DNA of 64,000 bases from Patescibacteria group bacterium (GCA_041659045.1 JBAZZB010000001.1:6111-70110); one strand, 5' to 3'. Shown: positions 8,623 through 19,810, numbered from the stretch's first letter. The notes: a model not told the origin generated them from the letters alone. Numbers and translations are program-made.

Positions 8623-11190
8623 TTACGGTTTTACGACCAAGACGTCATCTTTGACGGTCAAACGCACGGTACCGCCCTTGTCGGAGTCGCCTGAAAGGAG
8701 GCGCTCGGCGATGAGATTCTCGACCAGCTCTTGAATCGTTTTGCGGACACCGCGGGCACCTTGAAGCGGAATGAAACTCTTCTCAGCAATAAGTTTCTCG
8801 CCTTTGGACGTGAGCGCCACCTTGATGTGATGCTCGGCTTCCAAGCGTCGGTTCAAGTCGTTGATGTGAAGCGTGACGATCTTCTGCAGGCTTTCGAGAT
8901 CGAGCGGACGGAAAAGGATAACCTTGTCGATGCGGTTGATGAATTCCGGCTTGAACTGGCGCTCAAGGTCTTGCAGCATCGAGCCCTTGGCTTCGTTGAA
9001 CTTGTCGCGCACCGATTCACTCTTGTTGGCGGACGAGTTGAAGCCGACGGACGCGGTGCGCAGATGCTGCGAACCGACGTTCGAGGTCATGATGATGATC
9101 GTGTTCTTGAAGTTGATCTTTTTGCCGGTGGCGTCCGTCAGGTGCCCGTCTTCGAAAATCTGGAGGAAAATGTTGAGCACGTCCGGATGCGCTTTTTCGA
9201 GTTCGTCGAAGAGGACGACCGAATACGGACGGCGCTTCACGGCATCGGCAAATTTGTTCGAGTCGCGGTAGCCGACGTAGCCGGCGGGGGAGCCGATGAG
9301 TTTCGAGATGTTGAAGCTCTCGGTGAACTCCGACATGTCGACACGGACGAACGCTTCCTTATCACGGAAGACGGTTTCGGCGATCGCTTTGGCGAGTTCT
9401 GTTTTACCGACGCCGGAAGGTCCCATGAAGAGGAACGAGGCGAGGGGACGGTTCGGGTTGGCGAGGCCGAGGCGCGCGCGGCGAATGCTTTCGGCGACGG
9501 CTTTGACGGCTTCGTCTTGTCCGATGACGCGTTCGCGCAGCTTGTCTTCAAGACCAGCGAGGTTACGCTTTTCTTCGAAAACAATTTCTTCGACCGGAAT
9601 GCCAGTCGAGCGAGCGAGAACTTTGGCGATATCGCCGGCTGTGACCTCCGTTGCCAAGGCATCAGCGCGACCCTTTTCAAGCGACTCCATTTTTTTCTGG
9701 AGCGCTTTCTCGTGCTCTTTGAGCGTGAGCGCTTCGTCGAAGTTGTCGCTGACAACGGCTTGCTGCTTCTTGGTGCGCACTTCGCTGAGCTTGCTTTCGA
9801 CATCGCGCGCTTCGCGGAGTTCCGGATTCTGTCCTTCGTTGACGCGCAGCATGGCCGCCGCTTCGTCGATCAGGTCGATCGCTTTGTCGGGGAGGAAGCG
9901 GTCTTGGATATAGCGCACGGACATCTGCACGGCGGATTCAATGGCGGCGTCAGAGATCTTCACGTTGTGGAAGTTCTCAAACGACTCGCGCAAGCCGCGT
10001 AAAATATCGGCCGCCTGTTCCGGCGTCGGTTCTGCAACTTGGATCGCTTGGAAGCGGCGTTCGAGCGCGCCGTCGGCTTCGATGTGCTTCTTGTATTCGG
10101 CAAGCGTGGTGGCACCGATGCAGCGAATTTCGCCACGTGCGAGCGCGGGCTTCAGGATGTTGGCAGCATCGATCGAACCAGAAGCGGCGCCCGCGCCCAT
10201 GATCATGTGAAGCTCGTCGATGAACAGGATGATTTCTGGGTGGCTCTTCACTTCGTCGATGATCTGCTTGAGGCGCGACTCGAACTCGCCGCGATAAATC
10301 GTGCCGGCGATGATGAGTCCCAGGTCGATCGAGATGATGCGCTTACCTTCGAGCGCTGGCGGTACTTCGCTGCCCGCGATTTTTTTGGCGAGTCCTTCAA
10401 CGATGGCGGTTTTGCCGACACCAGGCTCGCCGAGGAGAACCGGGTTGTTCTTGGTTTTGCGGCAAAGCACCTGCGTCATGCGTTCGACTTCGCGCTCGCG
10501 ACCGATGACGGTTTCGAATTTTTCAACAAGCTTCTTGCTCGTCATGTCGACGCCGAAGAAATCGAGCGCCGGTGTCTTGGCCGTTTTTGCGGCGGCTGCG
10601 GCGGTCGCGGCGGCGTTCTTGGTGGGGGAGCCGGCCGTGGCTTTCGCTTTGGAACCGTCCTTCTTGCCTTCGCCCTTCGCTTTGCTGTCGAAGGTTTCTG
10701 TCATGTCGGGGAACTTCGATGTCGACTTGAGCACGCTCGCAATTTGGTCTTTGACCATCTTGAGCGGAATGCCGCGCGATTCAAAATACGGTTCAACATC
10801 ATCGCCCGCGACCTGGAGGATCGCTGAGAGCAAGTGTTCGGTGCCGACGTATTTGTGTTCGTGCAAATTGGCGGTCAGAACCGCCTTCTCAATCGTGCGC
10901 TTGGCTTCACCAGAAAGTTTCGGCGATGATTCCGACGCGGCAGCATCCATCTTCGTCGCTTTGCCGGGAAGAGCACCCGCGACGTCACCGACGAAACGCT
11001 TGATGTCTTCCGACGACGCGCCAAGCTTGGCGAGTACTTCCGAAGCGATCGAGCCTTTCTGCGCGGCGAGCGCGTACATCAAATGCGACGGCTCGATCGA
11101 CGACTGGCGAAGTTCTTGCGCCAAAGCGTAGGCGCGAACCAGCGCGTTCTTGAGATGAGTTGAGAACTTGTCGAGAATTTCCGCGTTCAT
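8623..11190 (-). CDS. clpC: ATP-dependent Clp protease ATP-binding subunit ClpC
   Basis: Clp-N repeats, GEPGVGKT and GPSGVGKT Walker A motifs, UVR-type short middle domain. Confidence 0.93.
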   Translation of the reverse strand: MNAEILDKFSTHLKNALVRAYALAQELRQSSIEPSHLMYALAAQKGSIASEVLAKLGASSEDIKRFVGDVAGALPGKATKMDAAASESSPKLSGEAKRTIEKAVLTANLHEHKYVGTEHLLSAILQVAGDDVEPYFESRGIPLKMVKDQIASVLKSTSKFPDMTETFDSKAKGEGKKDGSKAKATAGSPTKNAAATAAAAAKTAKTPALDFFGVDMTSKKLVEKFETVIGREREVERMTQVLCRKTKNNPVLLGEPGVGKTAIVEGLAKKIAGSEVPPALEGKRIISIDLGLIIAGTIYRGEFESRLKQIIDEVKSHPEIILFIDELHMIMGAGAASGSIDAANILKPALARGEIRCIGATTLAEYKKHIEADGALERRFQAIQVAEPTPEQAADILRGLRESFENFHNVKISDAAIESAVQMSVRYIQDRFLPDKAIDLIDEAAAMLRVNEGQNPELREARDVESKLSEVRTKKQQAVVSDNFDEALTLKEHEKALQKKMESLEKGRADALATEVTAGDIAKVLARSTGIPVEEIVFEEKRNLAGLEDKLRERVIGQDEAVKAVAESIRRARLGLANPNRPLASFLFMGPSGVGKTELAKAIAETVFRDKEAFVRVDMSEFTESFNISKLIGSPAGYVGYRDSNKFADAVKRRPYSVVLFDELEKAHPDVLNIFLQIFEDGHLTDATGKKINFKNTIIIMTSNVGSQHLRTASVGFNSSANKSESVRDKFNEAKGSMLQDLERQFKPEFINRIDKVILFRPLDLESLQKIVTLHINDLNRRLEAEHHIKVALTSKGEKLIAEKSFIPLQGARGVRKTIQELVENLIAERLLSGDSDKGGTVRLTVKDDVLVVKP

Positions 11191-11205
11191 AGGCTTGTCG
11201 TTGAG

Positions 11206-12090
11206 TTAAGCGTTGGTTCCCATTTGTCGCAGGGCTTCGATCCGTTTTTCAACGGGTGGATGTGTGGAGAGGAGCCCCGCCATGAATCCTTTTGATCCGA
11301 ACGGGTTTGCAATGTAGAGGTGCGCGGTGGCGGAGCCTGCGTGCTTCAGCTGTCCTTCGTAGCTCGAGATCTTTTCGAGCGCGCGCGCCAGACCTTCGGG
11401 GTAGCGGGTAAGGAGTGACCCCGAGGCATCGGCCAGAAATTCTCTTCGACGCGAGATGGCGAGCTTCACCAGGTTGGCGACGAGCGGAGCCAGGATAATG
11501 GCGACCAATCCGATGATGAGGATGATTCCTCCTCCACGCTTGCGATCGCCTCCGCCGCCGTGCAGGCTGATGCGGAAGAAGAGATCCGACATGAGCGCGA
11601 CGACGCCGACCAGGACAACAACGATGGTCATGACGCGGATGTCGTAGTTTTTGATGTGCGAGAGTTCGTGCGCGGCGACGCCTTCCAGCTCTGTTCGGTC
11701 CAGGCGCGCGAGGAGTCCTGTTGTGAAAGCGACAGAAGCGGTTTCAGGCGTACGGCCTGTTGCGAAGGCGTTCGGCGCCGGGTCGTCGATGAGATGGATC
11801 TTCGGCAACGGTTGGCCGTTTGCGATACAGAGATTCTCGATGACTCTCCACAGTTCTGGTGCGTCTTCTTTTTTGATTTCTTTAGCTCCAGAAGCCATCA
11901 AAGCCATTTTGTCCCCGGCAAAGTAGGCGACCAGCGCCGTCACGACGGCGTAGATGAGTACAACAACCAAAAGACTACCGTCAGCACCGTAATAACTGTC
12001 GATCAACCAGCCCAAACCGAGAACCAACACCATGAACAACGAGATCAATAAAACGCTCTTTCTTTTGTTGGAGGTGATCTGTGAATACAT
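11206..12090 (-). CDS. htpX: M48 zinc metalloprotease HtpX
   Basis: PNAFATG, HELSH, SRRREFLAD, STHPP. Confidence 0.95.
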   Translation of the reverse strand: MYSQITSNKRKSVLLISLFMVLVLGLGWLIDSYYGADGSLLVVVLIYAVVTALVAYFAGDKMALMASGAKEIKKEDAPELWRVIENLCIANGQPLPKIHLIDDPAPNAFATGRTPETASVAFTTGLLARLDRTELEGVAAHELSHIKNYDIRVMTIVVVLVGVVALMSDLFFRISLHGGGGDRKRGGGIILIIGLVAIILAPLVANLVKLAISRRREFLADASGSLLTRYPEGLARALEKISSYEGQLKHAGSATAHLYIANPFGSKGFMAGLLSTHPPVEKRIEALRQMGTNA

Positions 12091-12216
12091 AGCCTTATTT
12101 TACCCTTTCTATAAGGAAGGGACAAACGAAGTTCTGCTGTACATCAGCGGCTTTCTTTACTGGAAGTCCTGCACGGTTAGGTCTATACTCCGTTCGGATC
12201 ATTTTTAGGGGGTTTT

Positions 12217-13008
12217 ATGATCGGTTCACGTTGTTTTTCGGTCGTTATCGCCTTCATGGCCCTGCACCTCGATCTCTCCAGTGTTTGGGCAGAGGCGTGT
12301 CCACCCAAGCCCGTCGTTGAAGAGGGCGGCACACATCGTTGCTATGCCGATGGAAGACGCGGACACGTACACCTCTGGACACCCAAGGAGTTTGAGCCGA
12401 AGTCGGCCGTGACCGTCATCTACGTGCACGGACACAACTTGCATGATGACGGCTGTGCGAATGCGCACTATCTCGATTGCGCGTGGGACGCCCACGGTCT
12501 CGCCTCGCAGTTCGCGAAGAGCGGACTCAACGCGCTCTTCGTCGCTGTCGAAGGTCCGGTGCGCGCTGGTCGTGACGTGAAGTGGACGTCGCTCGGTGTT
12601 CTGCTGCGCTCTGTGCGTCGCCGGGGCGGCATCGTTCCGCCGACTCCGGTCGTGGCCGTCGCGCACAGCGCCGGCATCTACACGGTCATGCGTTTCTTGG
12701 GCGACAGTCGTTTGCGTCACGTTGTTTCGCTCGACGCGCTGTATCTGCGTTCTCCGAAGGTGCTCGCGAAGTGGTACCGCGGTTCCAAACGTCGGCGTCT
12801 CACGCTTGTCGGCGCCGAATCGCGGTACGCGCGAACGTCCGCTCTTGGTCGAAAGCTCTCCTGCGCAAGCAAGACGGATGTCTTCGGTCCATACTCCAAC
12901 GCGCGGTGCGTTGTGGCCGTCGATCCTGACATCGGACACATGGATCTCATCCGCGACGGACGCGTCCTGCCAGGTGTTCTCGCTCGCATCAACACGGCTT
13001 CTCGATAA
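12217..13008 (+). CDS. Secreted alpha/beta-hydrolase-fold protein
   Basis: Signal peptide, IYVHG, AHSAG nucleophile elbow, SLDALY, C-terminal GH. Confidence 0.7.
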   Translation: MIGSRCFSVVIAFMALHLDLSSVWAEACPPKPVVEEGGTHRCYADGRRGHVHLWTPKEFEPKSAVTVIYVHGHNLHDDGCANAHYLDCAWDAHGLASQFAKSGLNALFVAVEGPVRAGRDVKWTSLGVLLRSVRRRGGIVPPTPVVAVAHSAGIYTVMRFLGDSRLRHVVSLDALYLRSPKVLAKWYRGSKRRRLTLVGAESRYARTSALGRKLSCASKTDVFGPYSNARCVVAVDPDIGHMDLIRDGRVLPGVLARINTASR

Positions 13009-13014
13009 AACACA

Positions 13015-13043
13015 AACCGACCCTCTCGGGTCGGCTTTTCTTT
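13015..13043. terminator. Intrinsic terminator between convergent genes
   Basis: ccgaccc-tctc-gggtcgg hairpin followed by a T-rich tract. Confidence 0.7.
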
Positions 13044-13045
13044 TC

Positions 13046-13600
13046 CTAGAACTTCACTTCGACGTTCTGTTGGGCAGCGTCGTTGTCCGGAAGATCGAAG
13101 AATTCGCGCTTCTTGAAGCCAAGCGAGTTGGCGACCAAATTGTTCGGGAAGACCTGCATCTTGATGTTCAGGTCGCGGGCGTTGGCGTTGTAGAAGCGGC
13201 GGGAGGCCTGGATCTTGTCTTCCGCGTCGCGCAGCTCGTGCTGCAAGTCGAGGAAGTTCTGGTTGGCCTTGAGATCCGGATAGGCTTCGGAAACCGCGAA
13301 GAGGGACTTCAAGGTCTGCGAGAGCATGTTCTCGGCTTGAGCGTGCGCACCCGGCGTCTGGGCACCCATAGCGGCGGCGCGAGCTTTTGTTACGTTTTCG
13401 AAAGCGGAGGATTCGTGCGTTGCGTAACCTTTGACGGTGTTGACGAGGTTCGGGATGAGGTCGTAGCGGCGCTTGAGCTGGACTTCGATGTCCGACCAGG
13501 CTTCTTCCGTACGGACGTTCAGCGTGACCAACCCGTTATAGATCGACCAGAGCCACAAGACGACCACGACCACGACGCCCAAAACGATATACAGTGCCAT
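13046..13600 (-). CDS. lemA: LemA family protein
   Basis: YNGLV...WSDIEVQLKRRYDLIPNLV, EAYPDLKANQNF. Confidence 0.96.
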   Translation of the reverse strand: MALYIVLGVVVVVVLWLWSIYNGLVTLNVRTEEAWSDIEVQLKRRYDLIPNLVNTVKGYATHESSAFENVTKARAAAMGAQTPGAHAQAENMLSQTLKSLFAVSEAYPDLKANQNFLDLQHELRDAEDKIQASRRFYNANARDLNIKMQVFPNNLVANSLGFKKREFFDLPDNDAAQQNVEVKF

Positions 13601-13640
13601 AGTGGCAATTTTTGGATTGCGAAGTTAAGATACCACCAGT

Positions 13641-14987
13641 ATGGACTATAACCCCTCGATTTTCAAGGCGTACGACATCCGCGGACTGGTCGGCAAGGAT
13701 TTTGATAACGAATTCTGTGAAGCGCTCGGACGCGCCTTCGTGGTGCACACCGGCGCCAAGGTCGTCGTGGCCGGACGCGACATGCGCGGCAGCTCGCCGG
13801 GATATTTCGCGGCGCTGACACGCGGCATCATGATGCAAGGTGCGGACGTGGTTGATATCGGCATGGTTTCGACGCCGATGTTTTATTACGCCGCCGCCGA
13901 ATACGATTTGCACGACGCCGGCATCATGGTGACGGCCTCGCACAATCCGTCCGAGTACAACGGTTTTAAAATGGTCCACGGCGATGCCATGCCAATCGGC
14001 AAGGGGAGCGGCATGGAGGAACTCAAAGCACTCGTCGAGAAAAACGAATTTCCGGATGCGCCGGAAGGTACATTGATAGAAACGGACATCACCGAAGAAT
14101 ATCTCGATCGTCTGTTTGAACTCGTTCCGTCGGAGTCGATCAAGAAGCTCACTGTCGCGGTCGACGCCGGCAATGGCATGGGCGGCGTCATCTTGCCGGA
14201 AATTTTCAAGCGCCTCGACGTGAAAGTACATCCTCTTTTTTGGGAGCCGGATGGCACCTTTCCGAACCACGAGGCGAATCCGCTCAAGACGGAAACGTTG
14301 AAAGATCTTCAGGCAAAGATTCGAGAAACGCGTTCTGACGTCGGTATCGCGCTCGACGGTGACGCGGATCGCATCGGACTCGTTGATGAGAAAGGTGCTG
14401 TTGTTTCGGCTTCCGAAATCATTGCTATGTTGGCGCATGTGCTTTTGCCTGGGCATACGGGGGAGACAGCCACTTATAACGTGAGTTGCGGACGCGTTGC
14501 ACCCGAAGAAATCAAGGCATCCGGCGGCGTGCCGCTCATGACGCCGACGGGCCACGCGCTTATCAAGCACATCATTCGGGAACACGATGCTGTCTTCGGT
14601 GGCGAGCTTTCCGGCCACTTCTATTTTCGCGACTTTGGCGGCGTCGAGAATACCGACTACGCCATGCTCCTCGTGCTACAACTCTTGTCGCGCCAAGAAA
14701 AAACGCTCTCCGAACTCGTCGCACCGTTCCGCCGCTACGTCCATTCGGGTGAAATCAACTTCAAAGTGAGCGACGCGCAGGCGAAAATGGCGGCCATTCG
14801 CGAGCGGCTTGAGGCGGAAGCGGCGACCGTCACCGAGATCGATGGTTTACGCTTTGACTTCTCTGATTGGTGGTGTAGTATTCGCGCGTCAAATACTGAA
14901 CCATTGCTCCGACTGAACGTCGAGGCGTCATCAGCAGATTTGATGGAACGTAAAAAACAAGAACTCGTCTCGCTCATCACCGCTTGA
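13641..14987 (+). CDS. Phosphomannomutase/phosphoglucomutase
   Basis: FKAYDIRG, TASHNP, DGDADR, GELSGH, RASNTEP. Confidence 0.95.
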   Translation: MDYNPSIFKAYDIRGLVGKDFDNEFCEALGRAFVVHTGAKVVVAGRDMRGSSPGYFAALTRGIMMQGADVVDIGMVSTPMFYYAAAEYDLHDAGIMVTASHNPSEYNGFKMVHGDAMPIGKGSGMEELKALVEKNEFPDAPEGTLIETDITEEYLDRLFELVPSESIKKLTVAVDAGNGMGGVILPEIFKRLDVKVHPLFWEPDGTFPNHEANPLKTETLKDLQAKIRETRSDVGIALDGDADRIGLVDEKGAVVSASEIIAMLAHVLLPGHTGETATYNVSCGRVAPEEIKASGGVPLMTPTGHALIKHIIREHDAVFGGELSGHFYFRDFGGVENTDYAMLLVLQLLSRQEKTLSELVAPFRRYVHSGEINFKVSDAQAKMAAIRERLEAEAATVTEIDGLRFDFSDWWCSIRASNTEPLLRLNVEASSADLMERKKQELVSLITA

Positions 14988-15001
14988 AGGAGGTAAGGCC
15001 C

Positions 15002-15709
15002 TTGCGCCGAACCATGTACCCTTGCATCGAGGCTGTGTTTTCGGATCTCGACGGCACGTTGGTCGATTCCGAAGAGCCACTCCGCAATTCCTGGGTGGAA
15101 GTGATCGCCGAATGCGGCCATGACTTCTCGAGGTTCAACTACCTCGACATCATCGGCGCGCCGGAGAGCGAAAAAGTCGGGATCGTCCTGGCGTTCTTCG
15201 GGATCAAGGAGGACTCGCAGGAGTTCTACCGTCGCCTCATCGCGAAAATGCGAGAACGATTGCCGCGCGAGATGAAGCTCATGCCTGGTGCCGAGCGCTT
15301 CCTCGAAGCGTGTGTCGGAACCGGTGCACCACGAGGGCTCATCACGTCGGCAACCCAATGGCACGCGGATCTCGCGCTCGACCTGTTCAATCTTCGGAGG
15401 TTCTTCCATCCGAAGTGCATCATCACCGCCGAAACGCCAGGACTCGAAGCGCGCAAGCCGAGCCCGGCGCCGTACGTGATGGGTGCGCAGCGTCTTCGCG
15501 TGAAGCCCAGTCGCTGCGTCGTTTTCGAGGATTCTCCGCATGGTGTTCAAGCCGGTGTTTCCGCTGGCATGAGTGTCGTCGCGATTCCTCACGCGCTTTC
15601 GCCGCGTTCGGTGCTCGAGGCCATCAATCGGAGCGTCTATGTGCTGCCTGAGGGGCAGAACATCGGCGATTTCGAGTTCGACCATATCGAGCATTTGCTC
15701 CCGCAATAA
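15002..15709 (+). CDS. HAD family phosphatase
   Basis: DLDGTLVDS, KPSP, FEDS motifs; AAGGAGGT SD favours TTG at 15002 (alternative ATG 15014). Confidence 0.9.
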   Translation: MRRTMYPCIEAVFSDLDGTLVDSEEPLRNSWVEVIAECGHDFSRFNYLDIIGAPESEKVGIVLAFFGIKEDSQEFYRRLIAKMRERLPREMKLMPGAERFLEACVGTGAPRGLITSATQWHADLALDLFNLRRFFHPKCIITAETPGLEARKPSPAPYVMGAQRLRVKPSRCVVFEDSPHGVQAGVSAGMSVVAIPHALSPRSVLEAINRSVYVLPEGQNIGDFEFDHIEHLLPQ

Positions 15710-15885
15710 TCTGCCGTGCGGCAGACGCGGGAGCCTTTTCTTTTCAACAAAAATCGTCACGTCACCTTGTTGACAATTGGCCGATTTTCGGCTACGGTGC
15801 GCGGTTCCTCCGATGTCCGTTCGGGCGGGGGAATATTCATCGTCTTTGACAAAAAACCCACCCGAACGGAACACAGGAGCAACCG

Positions 15886-18800
15886 ATGCGAGAAGAGATG
15901 CTTCCGATCCTTGCGAGACGCAAGGAGATCGTGAATGCGATCCGCGAACATCAGGTCGTCGTGCTGGCCGCCGAAACCGGCGCCGGAAAGACGACGTGGG
16001 TGCCGCGCTTTCTCCACGAAGAACGTTTCAGCCGAGGAGGTTTGATCGGCGTCACGCAGCCTCGCAGGGTCGCGGCCATGAGTGTCGCGGCCTACGTGTC
16101 CGAGCAGATGCAGTGTGAACTTGGCACGTTGGTCGGCTACCAGATCCGCCACGAGTATGTCTGTGAAGCCGATCGTACGGCCATCAAGTTCATGACCGAC
16201 GGCATCCTGCTGCGCGAGCTGCAGGCTGATCCGCTGATCGAGAAGTACGACGTGCTTGTACTCGACGAGATGCACGAGCGCAACTTGCACCAGGATTTCA
16301 TTCTGGCTCTCGTGAAGCGCGCACTGCCTCGGCGCCCCGACCTCAAGGTTGTGGTCATGTCGGCGACGATCAACGAGAAGGTGTTTGCCGACTACTTCGG
16401 CGCGAAAGTCGTTCGGATCGAAGGTCGGCAGTATCCGGTCGAGGTCGAATACCTCGATGGTATGCCGTACGACCCGATCGAAGCGGCTGTCACGTCCGTT
16501 ACCTCTGCGCTCACGCGCACGAGCGGCGACGTGCTGGTCTTCGCACCCGATCTCGCGTCGATCGACAAGATCATGCGCTGCCTCGGCGACCAAGCGCTCG
16601 GAGTCGAGATCCACGCGCTCTACGGCGATCAGTCGCCAGAAGAGCAGCGTCGCGTCTTCCGTCCCGGAGGACGCCGCGTCATCGTGGCGACCAACATCGC
16701 CGAGACGTCGATCACACTGGGTGGCGTCACGGCCGTCGTCGACACGGGGCTCATCAAGCAGATGGCCTACCTGCCGCATGTCGCGATGTCGTCGCTTCAA
16801 GCGGTCGAACACTCGCGCGCCGGATGCGATCAGCGCACCGGTCGAGCTGGACGCACCGCGCCCGGCTTGTGCCTGCGCCTCTACACACGCGAGAATTACG
16901 AGTCGCGCGAAGCCTTCACCTCGCCGGAGATCCTGCGTTCGAGCATCGAACAGGTGATCTTGCAGATGAAGGCGATGGAGATGGACGACGCGACGATCGA
17001 CAACTTCGACTTCCTCGACGCACCGTCGAAAGAAGCCTTTGTTGCCGCGCGAGCGACGCTTCACTCGATCGGCGCCATCGACGACGAGGGTCACCTCACC
17101 GACGATGGACACTTCATGACCAAGATTCCCTTGCCGCCGATCGTCACGCGCATGATCTTGAGCGCCCGCACGCACGGATGCGTCGAAGCCGTCGTCACGA
17201 TCGCCGCGAGCTTCTCGACGCGCAGTATCTTCGTCCGCCCGCAAGACAAGCAGGCGGAAGCGGATGCGGCACGCGCACAGTTTCGCGACCCGACTTCCGA
17301 CTTCCTGACGGTGCTGAACGCCGTCGAGGCGTATCGGAACTCCAAGGAGCAGCGCGCGTTTGCCTTCAAGAACTTCTTGCACGCACGCGCGATCGAAGAC
17401 ATTCTCGCGACGGAGGATCAAATCTGCGGCTTGCTCAGGAAATTCGGAATCGATATTTCCGAGGGTCGCGATCGCCTCAGTATCAGCAAGTCTGTTGCGT
17501 CAGGGTTGGTGTCGCGCCTGCTCGTGCATAACGGCGGCATGGCACACAGCTACCAGAACGCATCGCACGATGAGATCTTCATCCACCCCGGTTCGAGCCT
17601 GTTCAAGCAGGATCCTCCGTACCTGGTGGCTGTGGAAATCGTCGAGACGACGAAGGTGTACGCCCGCATGCTGCAGGCGGTCACCCAGCCGATGCTGCGC
17701 GAACTGATTCCTGCGCGCGAGCTCACGAAGACTCCGCTGCGTCACTACGTGCGGTTCCACGGAGATGATCCTGTGGTCTGCTGCGAAGTCGGCGTCTCAT
17801 GGGGTCAAATCAGGCTCGGTATCGAACACGTCGAGAACATTCGCGGGTATGAAGTTTTCGGCATTCTTGTGAAAGAGATTGTCGAGACGCACGTTGGCCG
17901 CGGATGGGGCTGGTACAGCGGCCTCCCAGGGATACACTCCTCGGGGAGCTGGCACGACCACGTCAACGAGAACATCGAAGACATCCGCAGCTTCAACAAG
18001 CGTTTCCGCTCGTTCGTTTCGCCATCCGTGGCGGTTCTGACGCGGTTCTACTGCGAACGCTTGGACGGCATCACGGCGATCGAGGAAGCGCTCACGCGCG
18101 ATCTGAAGATGGACTTGGTGTCCATGCTGGACGAATCCGACAAGGAGGCGTATCTCAATCCGCCAACGTTCGCCTTTTCACCCGCCCCCGAAACCGTTTC
18201 CAGCGACATGTTCGTCCGCACGGAGACGCCTCGTCGGGAAAGGGTACTTGGTGAAACGGAACGGCTGGGAACGCTGGCGTATGAGGCTCTCAAGCGAGAA
18301 GTCGGAACGTGTCCGCTCTGCGGCCGCGAACTGACGGACGTGTGCTACGGTCCGCACGATCGTCGACGCCTGCTCTTCACGGAGCCGACCTGCGTCTATC
18401 TGTCGCTCGCGACCGATGTTGGTCAGGAGATCGCTCGCATCGTTGTTCACAAAAATAACGGCCGCGTCGAACTTCAGAAGAACAAGCGTCTCCTCAACTG
18501 GCACAATTGGTTGGGTAAGCACTTCACGTCCATCGATCCGAAGCGCCGCGCGGACGACATCATTCCGGTGACGGTGCAGGATCTCGAAGGGTTCCTTACG
18601 GCGTTCGAAGAGTTGAAGCGTTGGCGTGCCGAGGCGGAGAGATTGAAGGCTGAGGCCGCGGCGCTCAGCAAGGAGATTGCGCGAGGACACGTGGCACGAG
18701 TCACGTTCGAATCCGCTGGTGGAGGACGTCCCGTCGCGCAGCATCGCGGCATGACGTACATTCCTCCCAATATCCTGCCGTATCCGGAGGTAGGCGAGAC

Positions 18801-18954
18801 GTGGTTCTGCCGACTCACGACGCCCACGCAAAGCAGGCCGACGGCTGCGCTGCTCTGCAAGGACATGCCGTCGGCGACGGAAGAAGAAGCTCTCGTTGCG
18901 GAAATGATCGAAGAGATCCGCCGCACGCACGGCTTCGTTCCGTCGAAATTCTGA
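15886..18954 (+). CDS. HrpA-like DEAH-box helicase with atypical C-terminus
   Basis: ETGAGKTT, TQPRR, DEMH, SAT, ATNIAETSIT, QRTGRAGR; HA2/OB region; C-terminal CPLC-x7-C-x3-H. Confidence 0.88.
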   Translation: MREEMLPILARRKEIVNAIREHQVVVLAAETGAGKTTWVPRFLHEERFSRGGLIGVTQPRRVAAMSVAAYVSEQMQCELGTLVGYQIRHEYVCEADRTAIKFMTDGILLRELQADPLIEKYDVLVLDEMHERNLHQDFILALVKRALPRRPDLKVVVMSATINEKVFADYFGAKVVRIEGRQYPVEVEYLDGMPYDPIEAAVTSVTSALTRTSGDVLVFAPDLASIDKIMRCLGDQALGVEIHALYGDQSPEEQRRVFRPGGRRVIVATNIAETSITLGGVTAVVDTGLIKQMAYLPHVAMSSLQAVEHSRAGCDQRTGRAGRTAPGLCLRLYTRENYESREAFTSPEILRSSIEQVILQMKAMEMDDATIDNFDFLDAPSKEAFVAARATLHSIGAIDDEGHLTDDGHFMTKIPLPPIVTRMILSARTHGCVEAVVTIAASFSTRSIFVRPQDKQAEADAARAQFRDPTSDFLTVLNAVEAYRNSKEQRAFAFKNFLHARAIEDILATEDQICGLLRKFGIDISEGRDRLSISKSVASGLVSRLLVHNGGMAHSYQNASHDEIFIHPGSSLFKQDPPYLVAVEIVETTKVYARMLQAVTQPMLRELIPARELTKTPLRHYVRFHGDDPVVCCEVGVSWGQIRLGIEHVENIRGYEVFGILVKEIVETHVGRGWGWYSGLPGIHSSGSWHDHVNENIEDIRSFNKRFRSFVSPSVAVLTRFYCERLDGITAIEEALTRDLKMDLVSMLDESDKEAYLNPPTFAFSPAPETVSSDMFVRTETPRRERVLGETERLGTLAYEALKREVGTCPLCGRELTDVCYGPHDRRRLLFTEPTCVYLSLATDVGQEIARIVVHKNNGRVELQKNKRLLNWHNWLGKHFTSIDPKRRADDIIPVTVQDLEGFLTAFEELKRWRAEAERLKAEAAALSKEIARGHVARVTFESAGGGRPVAQHRGMTYIPPNILPYPEVGETWFCRLTTPTQSRPTAALLCKDMPSATEEEALVAEMIEEIRRTHGFVPSKF

Positions 18955-19012
18955 CGCCCGCATCAATCGATGCGGGCTTTTTCTTTTTCGGAGGCGCAGG
19001 TAGGATCAACAC

Positions 19013-19807
19013 ATGATCGGCCTCTTCGATTCGGGAATTGGCGGGCTCACTGTCGTCCGCGCACTTCGAGCCGCGTGCCCTGATTTGTCGTACGTCTATC
19101 TCGGCGACACCGCCCGGACGCCGTATGGTCCGAAAAGCCCGGAAACGATCCGTCGCTACTCCGAAGAAGCCGTCGATTTCTTGAAATCGAAAGGCGCCAA
19201 GGCAATCATCATTGCCTGCAACACCGCCTCCTCGCTCGCCGCCGCGCATCTTCGCGCGCGCGATCCAGAACTCCCCATCTTTGAGGTCGTGGGTCCGGCC
19301 GTGCGCATGGCGGCCCGCGTTTCCCTCAAGAAAAAAATCGGCTTGATCGGTACGCGCGCCACAGTTGGTAGCGGCGTGTATGAGCAGCGCTTGAAAGAAC
19401 TTGATCCCTCGATCGAAGTCTTCTCGAAGGCGGCACCGCTTCTCGTGTCGCTTGTGGAAGAGGGCTGGATCGATCAGCCGGAAACATCGACGATCATTGG
19501 AAAATATCTGGCGCCAATTCGCGAGTCTGAAATCGATGCGCTCATCCTTGGTTGCACGCATTACCCGATCCTCAAAGATGCGATCGCGCGTACGATGGGG
19601 GAGGGCGTCAAACTTGTTGATTCCGCCGAGGCTGTCGTGCACGAGTTCTGTGCTACACTTGAGAAAGATCCGGCTTTTGCCGCGTCGCTCGCGAAAGACG
19701 GTCGCGCTTCGTATTTCACGACCGATCCTACGCCCGCGTTCTCCGAACTCGGTTCCCGCTGGCTCGGTACCGAGATCCTCGTTTCACACGCCATCCTTTC
19801 AGCATAA
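19013..19807 (+). CDS. murI: Glutamate racemase
   Basis: FDSGIGGL, ACNTAS, LGCTHYP. Confidence 0.97.
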   Translation: MIGLFDSGIGGLTVVRALRAACPDLSYVYLGDTARTPYGPKSPETIRRYSEEAVDFLKSKGAKAIIIACNTASSLAAAHLRARDPELPIFEVVGPAVRMAARVSLKKKIGLIGTRATVGSGVYEQRLKELDPSIEVFSKAAPLLVSLVEEGWIDQPETSTIIGKYLAPIRESEIDALILGCTHYPILKDAIARTMGEGVKLVDSAEAVVHEFCATLEKDPAFAASLAKDGRASYFTTDPTPAFSELGSRWLGTEILVSHAILSA

Positions 19808-19810
19808 ACC

